Origin: Eledone cirrhosa | Taxonomy: Eukaryota | Direction of reading: 5' to 3' | Assembly (NCBI GenBank): GCA_964016885.1 | Contig: OZ024746.1 | Span: forward strand, 71,734,001-71,798,000 | Length of the DNA stretch: 64,000 nt | Part shown: piece after piece, positions 14,296-27,810 of the stretch | Numbering within the stretch: position 1 is the first letter of the stretch | Layout of the letters: each line of letters begins with the position of its first letter | The notes under the pieces: model-generated | Databases searched by the model: none | What the model was told of the DNA's origin: nothing | What the model saw: only the letters and a program-made list of their open reading frames with translations | Translations under genes and position numbers: made by a program

Positions 14296-14465
14296 TGGGG
14301 CATATAATAACCAAGACTCATCGAAGCATTAATGAAGCAGTGTGAGTTAAAAACAGGGCCAATTGAGATGAAAGGTGTATTAAGTTCAAATGGTTTTTCT
14401 CTGTTCTCCATCTTTGCTGTTTTTAGATATGGAGGGTGGAGCTCACACTTCCACCACTTACTCTA

Positions 14466-14529
<64 letters not shown>

Positions 14530-14612
14530 TCTCTTCCTCTCCATTCTCCCTCCCTACCTTTATTTCCCGTTATCTCTTTCTATCTCACTCTTTCTCCCTC
14601 TATTTCCCTTTA

Positions 14613-14729
<117 letters not shown>

Positions 14730-15100
14730 TTATATATATATATGTATATCCTAATATCTTTTAATGAAGAACCCAACAATACCAATAACAGCAATAACAA
14801 TTAACAACGGAAAACTTCACTACTCATACAAAAGTGCCATCTCATACAAAAGTGGAGGAGATGGTGTTGTGTATAGGGCGCAGCACGATGGGGTGACGAT
14901 GGGGGGGGGGGGGGGGGTCTGGGGCCGTGTTCCCTTAATTAAAACAACGTGTGCTTCCGACGGCGTCTTTGACATACCGAAATGTCACTGAACCTGCAGA
15001 GGTAGAGAAAGTGAAGCTAGTAACAACAACAAACAAGAAAATTCGTAACAATAATCGTTATAGAGATGTTAATGACAACAATAACAACAACAACAACAAC

Positions 15101-15158
<58 letters not shown>

Positions 15159-16728
15159 GTAATAATATTGATAACTATAATAAGATATATGTAAAAAAAA
15201 ACTACAACGAAATAAAATAGTTGTTTTCCTTTTTTTCCAGAAATATATCACAAAAATATGCAAATAAATAAATAAATGAATAAATAAATAAGTAAATAAA
15301 TAAATGAATAAATAGATAAATAAATAAATAAATAAATAAATATACAAATAAATGAATAAATAGATATATAAATAAATGAATAAATAAGAAAGTGAAAAGT
15401 GGGTCGGGGTTTTTGTTTGTCTGACATTGTAGCATTACATGATGAAGAACCATGTAACGAGGCGGCGGAGCGACGGGGCACGGCCGTAAGGTGGTGAGGT
15501 GACAAGACGGTGAGGTAGAGCAGTGATGAAAGCGAGAGAAAAACAAACAAAAAACAAACAAAACAAAACAAAGAACCTTAATACGGGGCGGGGGACTCTC
15601 ACAAAAAAGCACCATCAAAATGGCGGAAATGGTATTGTTAACTTTCCACCCTTGCGCATATTACACACAAACACACACAAACACGCACATGCACACGCAC
15701 ACATGCGCACACGCAGACATACATATATACATACCATACATGCATACTATATATATAAATATATATAAATACATATAAATATATATATATATATATAATG
15801 CGGACACGCGTTTATACAATTAACATCGTTACACCTTCATTTCTTTGTTATTTCTCTGTTGTTATTGTTGTTGTTGCTTTTTTTTTTACTTTATATTTTC
15901 TTGTTTAATTTTGTTTCTTTCTTCTTTTGCATCTATTCTTTTTCTCCCCCTCCCTCTCCTCCTCCACCTCCGCCTTCGTTCTCTTGTCTCTTTCTTCATC
16001 TGCTTCGCCTTCATCATTTTCTTCTCCTTCCCATCCTCTTCTTCTCCAGTCCGATTCTTCTCCTTCTTTCTTCTCCTACACCCTCTTCCTTATTTATCAC
16101 CCTTCTTCTGCTACCCCTTCCTCTTCTTATACATTTTCTCCTTCTTTCTTCTCCTTCTTTCTTCTCCTACACCTTCTTCCTCACTTATCATACTTCCACT
16201 GCTACTTCTTCCTCTTGTTATACCTCTCCTTCCCCTTCTGATATGTCTTCTTCCCCATCTTTATTCCCATCTCGTTCGTCACATTCATTCATCAATTAAA
16301 ATGGTGGATGTCATATTTTCAATGACATTCAACTTCCTAATTCTTTTATTTGTTTACTAATGTCTTTAAGAGAAATCATTGCCATTATTTTCTTGTATTA
16401 TTATTGTTGTTGTTGTTGTTATTGTTGTTGTTGTCATCCTCATCGTCGTCATTATCGTAATTAATGTTGTTTTCTTGTTTCTCATCTTTCTTCCTCAATA
16501 AACTTCATCATCGTCGTCGTCGTCATCGGTTTCATCATCATAATCATCACCATCATCATTAACATCATCATCATTATCTTCATCATCATCATGCTCATCA
16601 TTATGAGTAGAATATCGTTATCACAAAATAGAAGGTGATTTTAACTACACATTGACTATATATACTATATATATATATATATATATAGTATATATATATA
16701 TATGTGTGTGCATGTGTGTGGGTATATG

Positions 16729-16828
<100 letters not shown>

Positions 16829-16850
16829 CACACACACACACACACACACT

Positions 16851-16887
<37 letters not shown>

Positions 16888-17787
16888 AATATGTAGTTAA
16901 ACACAACGAATTTATATGTATATCATTCGGTTTATCACCTATTTTGTCTGATATTATGTTTTTGTTATTTTTTACTATTTTTCTCCAAATTTCGTTTATT
17001 TCATATTCTTTGTTTTGTTATTTTTATTATCTTACAAAAGAGAGAACCAAACCCATTTATTCTTTCATTATTCTATTAATTCATTTATTCATTTTATTAA
17101 TTTTCTCTTCGTTGTTATTTTCCTGCTTTTATTTTGTTTAATTTAAATTTGTATTTTATAACGTTTGTATTGTATTTTACTTTTATAAATAAATGGAAAG
17201 TATTAACAGCAAATTTTTAACGAGAGTTAAAAGTTTTTTTCTTCTTCCTCATTTCCTCCTTTCTTTCCTCCCCCCAAATCTGCTCACCGAGAAAAAAAAA
17301 AGACAACACTCCGATTTATCTGCCATTTGTAAATTAGAAGCGACGATCTCTCAAATTTCTCGGAATGAACAGAAAAAATCAAAATGGCGCTCTAAAAAAC
17401 AAGATGGCGCTGCTGTTAAGTTTCGTACGATAAAAACTGGACGGCAAATAAGAAAAAAGGGTGGACATTTGAAACCAAAATGTTCGACATTAATTCGAGG
17501 TACTTCCCGTTGTTGAGGCTCATTTTTTCCGCCCCTCTGTTTACTTCCTCAATGGTTATATTTTTTTGTTATAGTGTAGCACTCTCTATTTCTTTTATAT
17601 TCCGTCTATTATTGTGCCAATAAAACAGACACAATGGTAATGTAAACATGAACACAAATATGGGTCCCGCCAAAAAAATATCATAGAATAAAACAGTAAC
17701 AAACATAAAATAGACATTGTTTTGTTGGTACACAATGGGATTGATGCAATCAAAATTTCTTTATATCTGTGTGTAAATATTCTTTTT

Positions 17788-17819
<32 letters not shown>

Positions 17820-18199
17820 GTGCTGTATAATTCTAGACTAATATTTGGGGAAAGATAGAGGGAGAGAGAGAGAGATTAGATGGACTAAACATATAGAAAT
17901 AAAAAGAAATACTATATAAATGGCGGCAGCAATTATATATCCCCTATAATCGTGTTTCACAAAAATACTTAGACCCCTGTTTAATGTGATTCTAAACAAC
18001 CAAAATTGTAAGAATTATATTACTACCATTATGTGTGTAAATGTGTGTGTGTGCGCTTATGTAGGTGTGTGTGTGTGTAATATCAAAAGCCCTCATATAT
18101 ACTTAAATACAGATTGCAATTCCAAGTACAGAAACATGCACAAACACCAACACACACAAAATCATATATACGTATAAAAATCATTACAAGCCATCGTCA

Positions 18200-18342
18200 A
18201 AATTGCGTTTCTGCATATCTATGTTTGATTTGTCTATTCTTGAACTGTGTATATATATATATATAACTATTACATATATAATAGTTATATATATGTAGTT
18301 CAAGAATAGACAAGCCAAACACAAATATGCAAAAACGCAAAG
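18200..18342. repeat. Imperfect inverted repeat centred on a TA tract
   Basis: 'ttgcgtttctgcatat...tgtctattcttgaact' versus 'agttcaagaatagaca...atatgcaaaaacgcaa'. Confidence 0.7.
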
Positions 18343-18590
18343 TCTTATTAGTTTCACGCTTGGGAAGAAGTAAATGAGTGCTTCGACTTTTCCAACATAA
18401 GTCCTTCTTCAGAAAATGGACAATTTGGAGAGCGAAAGGAAATGTTGGAACAATGGTGTTTAGAAAGAAATATATATATATTTATATATGTACATGCATA
18501 TATGTAAAACGTAGACAGAAACAACAAAGCAAACGACACAATACAGTGAAGAAATATATTAGTTTAACGCTTGACATAATAGGAAAAGAG

Positions 18591-18627
18591 TCTTTACGTT
18601 TCGGGATAATAGTCCTTCATCAGAAGA
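18591..18627 (-). ncRNA. Minimal type I hammerhead
   Basis: Minus strand TCTT-CTGATGA-AGGACTATTATCCC-GAAAC-GTA-AAGA, with stem I TCTT/AAGA. A more decayed copy (CTGAAGA..GAAAAGTC) lies at ~18385-18413. Confidence 0.7.
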
Positions 18628-18755
18628 TTGATTGAAAAATAAAACATGAAATAGAAAGACGAACAGGGAGAAGAGGAATGAACGGGAAAAATAAATTAAG
18701 AAACATACGTGCGTATTCAGTCAGCCACTTTGGAAAGATGATATATATATATATA

Positions 18756-19095
18756 GGATAACAAGGTATCGTTTAAATTAATCCAGCTAGAGGTTGTGAG
18801 TACTCTGTATTGAGGATAGTTTTAACGCAGGGCGTTGTTTGACCCAACAAGAAGTTTCCTTAGTTAGGTGGCCAGCTTAAGAGAGTTCCTAGGCAGGTGG
18901 TTCTTGAAGTAATAATAGTAAAAGAATGAAGAATAACATGGTCGGCTGTACAAAAAGGGTTTATTTACAGTATTAACAATTGTTTCATTAATCAGGTGAG
19001 TCTAAAAGCCACTGATCGTTAGAAATTACGTCACTCAATTACAGTGTTTACCTGATCAAATCATCAGAATACTGATGTTTGTATAACACAGTGCA

Positions 19096-19098
<3 letters not shown>
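18756..19098 (-). mobile_element. Family F PLE-like terminus between (TA)n tracts
   Basis: Similar to 43680-44195 ('gtatcgtttaa..taatcca..tagagg', 'gttgtttgac.caacaaga.gttt.c.tag'); contains the hammerhead at 18968-19074. Confidence 0.65.
18968..19074 (-). ncRNA. Type I hammerhead with ~50-nt stem-II loop
   Basis: CAGTATT-CTGATGA-T-TTGATCAGGT...ACCTGATTAA-T-GAAAC-AATT-GTT-AATACTG: perfect 7-bp stem I, 10-bp stem II, palindromic stem III. Confidence 0.85.
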
Positions 19099-19161
<63 letters not shown>

Positions 19162-19174
19162 AATATATATATAT

Positions 19175-19292
19175 ATTTCGTTTCTGAATTTGTTTAGCAA
19201 GATTCTTTATCTGAAATCGTGTGTTGAAACCGATATTGTTATACTTTGGGAGGGTCATGTTGCTTATTGGCAACATGACCCTCCCAAAGTAT

Positions 19293-19298
<6 letters not shown>
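19175..19298. mobile_element. Family C fold-back element (hairpin plus tail) in (TA)n
   Basis: 'attgttatactttgggagggtcatgttgc-ttattg-gcaacatgaccctcccaaagtataacaat'; nearly identical to 44296-44428. Confidence 0.8.
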
Positions 19299-19377
<79 letters not shown>

Positions 19378-19865
19378 TGAGATGTTTGGTAGTGTGTGTG
19401 TTTGTGTGTGCATCTAAATGATTAATATGTATGTATACGGCGTATGTTTGAGGAATAAGGCGAACTTGAGGTAGATATGACGACAGTTTTTTTTTTATCT
19501 TTTTCCTTTACTTGGACGATTCTAGTATGAAAAGAAAGAAGTGTAAAGTGTAAATACTGTACTTTTGACTGATTGGCCCGAGACCCACTGCACCAATCAC
19601 CCCACCTCTCCTCTCATCGTACTGCGCCATATCTATACTCACCACCATCTCGTCCACTTTTGTTTGAGACGACACTTCTCATGAATGTCAGACATCATTG
19701 TGTCTTCATTAAAGAATAACTACCACTCTGATTGTGTGTATGGAAACATATTGCTTTGGCAATTCTATATACATAACGATAACGGGAAGTGGGTGGAAAC
19801 AATTCACATTTGGTAAGAAACTGGAATTATACCCAATGTGTTCATCTCCTATATATATATATATA

Positions 19866-20745
19866 CAGGGTGAGGACGATATTTGTTCGCAATTTTCCAC
19901 TGCTAATTTTATGGTAATTTTTTTTACTTCCGTTGTCACTCTTGTCTTCATAAAAACAGTGACTATATTTCCATTATTTATTTTCAGAATAATTGATTAT
20001 GAATAATTTTGAACCTCCAAATTTTGGAAGAGACACGGAGTTCTTCTTGGAATCCGCGTCGGTAGGACAAATAAGGAAATTTCAGACTTTCTCAGCGTCA
20101 GCAGGAGAATGGTGTCTCATCCAAAGACGTGCCCAGAGTCATGCAGACAAAGTTTCCAGCGACAACATTAGTCTTAGGTGTCGTCAGCAGTCAAGGTGAC
20201 GTCATTCTACCTCACTTCTTCCCTGAGGGCCTCAAGCTGAACACCGATGGCTACATCCGGATTCTTCGTGAGGTAGTAAAGCCCTGGATCGACCAGGTAG
20301 CTGCAGGTAGGCCGTACGTCTGGCAGCAAGACTCAGCGCCCTGCCATACCAGCCGAAAGACCCAAGCCTGGCTGTCAGAGAACTTCGTCGACCACACTTC
20401 ACCTGACATCTGACCTCCCAGCTCGCCTGACTGCAACCCCCTCGGCTTCTTTGTGTGGGGCGCAGTGGAACGAGACACTAACAGATCTAGCTGCAATACG
20501 AAAGACGATTTGAAGGCCAGGATCACAAGTGCCTTTAGAGGTCTAAGTCGGGGGACAGTGACGAGGTCCTGTAGCCGGTTCCGAAGCCGTCATCAAAGCC
20601 AATGGCGGGTTCATCGAGTGAAATCGAAAGAACAAGTCATGAAGACAAACTGACCCAAGTTTGATAAATATATCTTAAAAAATAAAACTACTGTGTTATA
20701 TTTTCCTAGACAGTAATCTTGCGAACAGATATCGTCCGCACCCTG
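19866..20745 (+). mobile_element. Internally deleted Tc1/mariner DD37D (maT-type) DNA transposon
   Basis: TIRs CAGGGTG(A/C)GGACGATAT(T/C)TGTTCGCAA at both ends with flanking TA. Transposase remnant ...WQQDSAPCHT...I*PPSSPDCNPL(G)FFVWG has 37 residues between the second D and the mutated third D, and a W-to-stop change. Confidence 0.9.
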
Positions 20746-21339
20746 TATATACATTTATTATGACTATTGGTGAGCTTTGTTACTCAGCAGTTTCAAATGC
20801 ACAAACACAGGATCCCATTTATCTCTACATAACATGTACATAAATTGTAGCGCATACATGAATAGATGTGAGTTTTGGTAGTTTGGGGAGAAAAATATTA
20901 TCATTGGGTAGGGGGCATAAACCCCCCCCCCCCCCCACCACCACCACCACCACCACCACCACCACCACCACCACCACCACCAAGTTCCGTGGTAGTAGTG
21001 GTAGTGGTTGTAGTGGTGGTGGTGGTGGGTAAAGGGGAGGATATTGGTTCGAGTAATGGTGGTGGTAATTAGTGATACTAGTAGGGTGATAACATTTATG
21101 GTAGCGATGAAGATGGCGGTCATGATCATGAACAGGGTTGTTATAATAGCACTACCATCATTGTTTTTTTAAACATGCTTTAGGAAAAGTGACAGCCATG
21201 ACACATATACTGGTGACACTTTACAACGAATAGTGGGGAGTGTCAGAGGTGACACACACAGGCACGCACACACATACGCGCACACGCACATACACACATT
21301 CATAACGGCATACACAGAAATACACACACCTTCATTCAC

Positions 21340-21407
<68 letters not shown>

Positions 21408-21410
<3 letters not shown>

Positions 21411-22006
21411 TGGCTGCCAACTCGTTTTCGAGTACGGCCACTACTTTATATGCATGTAGGAGAACCCCTACCGATGCGCTGAACGAGTGTGACTTTTTAG
21501 TCCAGCCAGCGACTTGAAAACTCTGGTACAAACACTACACTTGTGACAATTACTGACACATAGTGCTGGGCCCATGTTACGACAAGTGCAGAGAGATCTC
21601 CAGATATAAAGTAATGCCTGTGCCGTGAAGCTTTTATAGTGAGCAAAGGCACTGCACAAAGCCAGTCCCACTCTCTTAACCAAGATGATATTTACCAAAA
21701 AGAAGAACAAGTCAACATCATTGGATACCATCAGGGTTGCAGATGTTATATCAGAGTTTTCCTTCTCCTAGAATTATGCCTTGACAAAGGCTAAGGGGTC
21801 ATCACTCCCGGTGATTTTGGATGGCCATTGACTCTTAAGAGCTCCTTTGCCCTTTGACAGGTTTTGTTTTTAGTCCTGCAGGATGTCCAAAGTCACCCTC
21901 CTCACCAAGAAAGCTTGGTGGGGTTGCCAGTTTAGTCGCCAACGACCCGACCATGGGACAGGTTGTACTGGGATACATGTTACCAGTACCACCAACTGGT
22001 GACCTG

Positions 22007-22007
<1 letters not shown>
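21408..22007 (-). mobile_element. ~600-bp non-autonomous RTE-derived element (5'UTR-like part joined to 3' C2H2-like end)
   Basis: Minus strand contains 'ctaggagaaggaaaactctg' (RTE 5'UTR-like) and encodes CSVCTRVFKSLAGLKSHTR (RTE C-terminal zinc-finger-like). Highly similar to 30490-30942. Confidence 0.7.
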
Positions 22008-22103
<96 letters not shown>

Positions 22104-22270
22104 CATACATACATCGTGAATGAAGTCGTGTATAAAAAAGATGAAATCGAAAATGCAACTGGAGTCTTTTTAAGAATATTTATTTGGTTCCTTTATCGAT
22201 TTCGCAGTTCTTATGCTTTTCAAAAGTAGAATTGAGATGGAGGGTTTGTCGTTTTTCTCGCATCCTATAT

Positions 22271-22442
22271 ATAAGAATGAGTCAGGACCCCGACGGTGGC
22301 TTAGTTCGGATCTAACTGTGGACAGGGTCAGAGCTCAGGCGTCAGGGTCCTGACTCTTTTCCTATTACCCACTCTACTACCCTAAGTATTGAGTACCCTG
22401 GTGCGTTATGGTCCACCTGGTATCCTACCACACCTTCTTTGT

Positions 22443-22445
<3 letters not shown>
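22271..22445. mobile_element. Family B fold-back element (variant 'gagtcaggaccc')
   Basis: Arms 'gagtcaggaccccgacg' / 'cgtcagggtcctgactc', followed by the family B tail '...taagtattgagtac...ccacacc' into (TA)n. Confidence 0.75.
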
Positions 22446-22535
<90 letters not shown>

Positions 22536-22582
22536 CGAGAGAGAGAGAGAGAGAGAGGGGGGGGGATAGACAGATTATATAT

Positions 22583-22780
22583 AGTGGTGGTACCAATACG
22601 AGCACTCAATGCACAGGCAGAGAGTATATAATAAGAAAAACGATGAAATTCCCTATACATGTATTTATGTTTTTATTGTTTATCGACTTTTTACGCGCGT
22701 TTCGCGGATGATTTGCTCAAGGTCACCCATGGAAGATATGGTCCCGTCTCCAGTATCGATGTGCACATCAGACTGGTAAT
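22583..22780 (-). mobile_element. Family E terminus with decayed hammerhead
   Basis: Minus strand 'accagtctgatgtgcacatcgatactggag...ccgcgaaacgcgcgta' is homologous to 12532-12627. Confidence 0.7.
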
Positions 22781-23041
22781 TCAACAAAACACTGAGGCGT
22801 AGAAAAGGAAAGCAGAGAGAATTGGGGAAAACAGGCCGGACAGTGTGATGTCTATTATATGATATTGCATATATATATATATATATATACATATATACAG
22901 CTGTCTCACTCTTGTGATTGTGTGTGTGCATGTGTGTGAATATATATATATGTGTGTTCGTGTGTGTATGTGTGTGTGTGAGTGTATACCAACCAATTAT
23001 GAAGGGGTACCTTCATATATATATGTGTGCGTGCGCATGTA

Positions 23042-23102
<61 letters not shown>

Positions 23103-23233
23103 TTATCAACTTATCGTTTTCGGTATGCCTGACCGATTTAACTCACTCAATATGCAAATTGGGCTGCTCAGCCGTTAATTTTCATAAGGAAAGTATATAC
23201 TTTCGAACGTTCAACTATCTGGCAGATGGGTAT

Positions 23234-23276
23234 ACGGTGCTGATGATAGCTAACAAGCTTGAAACTAGTACATCGT
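23234..23276 (+). ncRNA. Minimal type I hammerhead ribozyme
   Basis: ACGGTG-CTGATGA-T-AGCT-AACA-AGCT-T-GAAAC-TA-GTA-CATCGT: 6-bp stem I, palindromic ACTAGT stem III. Lies in a ~300-bp island between microsatellites. Confidence 0.85.
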
Positions 23277-23432
23277 TCCTGTGTCAGTGTTGAACAAAAA
23301 GGTGACGTGGTTGCCTTAACACCGTATGGCATAAATTCAGACTGTTCAGTTTGTTTACAAACGAACAAAGCGGCGTTATAATAAGCGTCCGCTAAACTGA
23401 TGCGTGCATGTATGTATGTGTACCTGTATGTA

Positions 23433-23522
<90 letters not shown>

Positions 23523-23526
<4 letters not shown>

Positions 23527-23576
23527 TGCTACTGTACGTCTGTATACATATATGTATGTACGTATACACACATACT

Positions 23577-23612
<36 letters not shown>

Positions 23613-23662
23613 TGCTACTGTACGTCTGTATACATATATGTATGTACGTATACACACATACT

Positions 23663-23708
<46 letters not shown>

Positions 23709-23758
23709 TGCTACTGTACGTCTGTATACATATATGTATGTACGTATACATACATACT

Positions 23759-23762
<4 letters not shown>
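23523..23762. repeat. Three tandem copies of a ~57-bp unit separated by variable (TA)n
   Basis: 'gcatgctactgtacgtctgtatacatatatgtatgtacgtataca(c/t)acatacttaca' x3. Confidence 0.9.
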
Positions 23763-23850
<88 letters not shown>

Positions 23851-24141
23851 TACACAGACACACACACAATCACAAGCAACAGACAGCTGTACTCTGCTGC
23901 CATACCTATATAAATTGCGATCATGACACTCAATTTCGTGACCTTTACTAATGATATAGTCTAAATATTTATCCTCATTTGTTGCTATTTACACAATAAC
24001 ATCGGTGGTGTTGGCGGCGGTGTTGATGATGGTGGGGACGGTGGTTGTAATGGTGGTAATGGAGATGGCGGTGATGGCAATGGTGATATATATTTATATA
24101 TATTTATATATATATAGAGAGAGAGATAGAGATAGATATAT

Positions 24142-24216
<75 letters not shown>

Positions 24217-24226
24217 ATTATATATA

Positions 24227-24296
<70 letters not shown>

Positions 24297-24297
24297 G

Positions 24298-24497
<200 letters not shown>

Positions 24498-24972
24498 CAT
24501 GAACATAAACAAAGTTTAATGATCTACGAAACACTGGGAGAAATCTGAAATTTAGAAATGTGGGAGTTCCAAAAACAGAAAGTCACTATAATAACAGTCA
24601 GCCATTATAAATAATAGTTGAGAAAAGCGGGTAAATTACCCTTACAGACGGGGATGGAAAATGGGACTGAGGTACCAGGGGGGAATGAAATCTCACATCC
24701 TTCTTGATGTACGTGCACTCTTACTACTCTAAGGACCTGCTGCCATCTGACGTTTTGGGATAGTTTATATCCTGTAGATAGGATGGAAACAAACTCTTAG
24801 GTATAAATGTATAAATGTGTATACACAACTTCATACATGTGCATATGTGTGTGTTTATATATATATATAGACTAACATATGTATATACACTCACACACAC
24901 ACCTACACATACATACATAATAAAATTGAAATACGGCACATATACACACACACACACTCTCTCTCTCTCTCG

Positions 24973-25065
<93 letters not shown>

Positions 25066-25703
25066 AATATATATATTGATTTATTTAATCAATTTAAACG
25101 GGTGCTTAGACCTAATACCCTTTATAATGAAACATATAAACAACTCTGAGACAGAGAGAAAATATCTGTCTCTATATAGGCATACTTATGCAACGAGACA
25201 AATACGCTATCTTTAAGATAGTGGGTTCACACTAGTGTATATATGTGTGTGTGCGTGTGTATTTATTTATCATTCCATTTATTTGTCTGTTTGTATCAAT
25301 CACGCTATTTATCTTGAAAGCTTAATGTACTGTACGTTTGGTAAGCTAACCATCAGATAAACGTATATTTATCCTAATTTTCTCTTTTTAATACACCATT
25401 ATAGTGGCGATGTGTATATACCTTTACATAATTTTCATTCTCTCTCTCACTCTCTCTTTCTCCTTCCTTCTTCCATTCTAGCACACAATCCTACACACAC
25501 ATACACACATACATACACACACACACACACACATACACATACACACACCAAATATTTTCTGTTTCTTTAGAAGTATCTCATAAGCAACAATTTCAATGTA
25601 GCAGACGATAATTACGTCATCAGTAAACGCCATATTTCCTGAAACTAAACAATACTTTTCGCCATTTCAAGTGATGAACGTCATTTGTTGTTATTATAAG
25701 GAG

Positions 25704-25778
<75 letters not shown>

Positions 25779-25876
25779 TATATATATGTGTGTGTATGTG
25801 CGTGTTTGTCTGTGTGTGTCTGTGTCTGTGTGTGCGTGTGCGTGCGTGTGAATGTGTGTAAATCTGAATATGTATA

Positions 25877-25928
<52 letters not shown>

Positions 25929-25961
25929 TATATACACACACATATTTATATGTATATACAG

Positions 25962-26028
<67 letters not shown>

Positions 26029-26094
26029 CACACGCACACGTCCTCACATATATATATATATATATATATATAGGCTTTAGAAATAAGACACCAT

Positions 26095-26548
26095 TTAAGC
26101 ATAATAGGTGTGTATATGAAAGCATATACAATATGGTTCTATACAATAAACATTTAGTAGCCTCGCTATCAAAGAAAGAATGATTTTTCTCTCATGTAAA
26201 CGTTCTTACAATGCTACTGCCAATTAATTATAACCAGCAAAGTTCTCACTATATGCAAATGAGCATTGCCACTCTATGTTTTCTATTTGTTATATGCGTA
26301 TGAGCATCTCACGTAAAATCTATATAGTGTCGAGTCTATGACCATGCCAGTACTAGTTGAGGGAGTGTCACTGATGAAAGATTAACGAATCTTGAAACAG
26401 CGCTCTCCGGTACTGACAGATTTGTGATGTGTTCACAGAGGAAAATAGAGAAAAATATTTTTTTCCTTTACGAAAAACTATTTTTTCTTTGATAGCGATG
26501 CTACCATATGCTTATTGTATATGCTTCCATATACACCCCTATTACACC
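26095..26548. mobile_element. Family G PLE-like terminus with inverted 5' arm and hammerhead (26363-26414, +)
   Basis: GAGTGTCA-CTGATGA-AAGATT-AACG-AATCTT-GAAAC-AGCGCT-CTC. The ends 'taataggtgtgtatatgaaagcatatacaat...tcgctatcaaagaaa' and 'tttctttgatagcga...attgtatatgcttccatatacacccctatta' are inverted. Confidence 0.7.
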
Positions 26549-26574
26549 CCTCTTATATGTGTGTGTGTGGGCGG

Positions 26575-26764
26575 GGGTCCCGGTTTCAATAGGGAGTAAC
26601 CACAGTAAATTAAGGGATTCAATAGATTAGTAGAGTGTAGACCTCATGTTTAATATAGAAATGGCTTCTACAGGAATAGAAGTGTTTCGTTCAAAAGACG
26701 TCATCAGGAAATTATTTCTTTTGAATGAAACAGCTCTAGTCCTGTAGAAGACATTTCTATATTA

Positions 26765-26770
<6 letters not shown>
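26575..26770. mobile_element. Family A fold-back element
   Basis: 'cttctacaggaatag...tcatcagg' / 'gaatgaaacagctctagtcctgtagaag...tctatattaaa(ta)n'. Confidence 0.7.
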
Positions 26771-26835
<65 letters not shown>

Positions 26836-27810
26836 AATATAAATTAGCGAGAATCGTATTTCGGGTTAGGAATTAACGAAAAACAATTTCCGAGATGTGT
26901 GGCAAGCGCTCAATGATTCAGATGAACCAGAGCTACAACATACGTTAAAGGCCAAACACATTGAGACGATGGTTAAACAATCATCGCATTAAAAATCAGA
27001 TACCTCAGGTTGGTGCGAGCAATAACTAAAAAAAGTTATTGGGACCAGAATTCGCGTAAGGCGAGGGGGACAAGTAAACAACATAGAAGGATAAAAGCAA
27101 ACTGAAGATAGGAAAATAAATTACCTTAATTTTAATGGATGTAACTACTCCCTTAATTTAGGCTGTTTATTAATTACTTATTGATATACTTTTACTTAGA
27201 ACTATTATAAATCAGCTTCTATCTGCCTCCAATTTTTACTTATCTACCCCTGAACAAATATTTCAAGATGATTACTTATCTATGAGTTGCTTCTTCATGC
27301 ATATGCTAAACACGGCACTATTTAATACTATATTGCCATTACTCTATTCTGTTTTACATTTTCATTGCATTTTATATTAAGATCTATTCAGAATAGCTAT
27401 TTACAAATTTCTAAATCAACTTCTTTAGTTATGCATATTTTTTGTAACTTTCCGTGATTTAACACTAGCTGTTGGTTATCCACACTTAGCCTCAGCTATT
27501 TTATTTATTCACAATCTGCATGGATGACTTTTGTGTGAATTGTACCAATAATTCCGCCAATCTGTCACATCTAGACTCGTATTTTATTTATTGATACTGA
27601 AAGAAAGAAAAGCTAGGATGGCTTCAACGAGATTTGAACTCAACGAGATTTGAGCGCAGAAAGCCGGAACAAACAACCAGGCATTTACTCTGACACTCTA
27701 ATGAGTTAGCCATTTTCAATTATCCCGCCATGGAGCAATACAATGATGACGATAGTTATAAACCTCGCAACAACAATAACAACAATGATGGCAATTATTG
27801 CATTAATACA

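Noticed and set aside
20129-20653. Functional transposase gene
   Set aside because: N-terminal deletion, an in-frame stop in the WPPSSPD motif and a mutated third catalytic Asp.
22188-22227. Minus-strand TTGAAAA-GCA..TGC-GAAA-TCGA-TA
   Set aside because: Probably a decayed hammerhead, but with two core substitutions it is not listed as a feature.
25580-25628. Minus-strand CTGATGA...GAAA
   Set aside because: Stem II is marginal and there is no convincing stem III, cleavage triplet or stem I.
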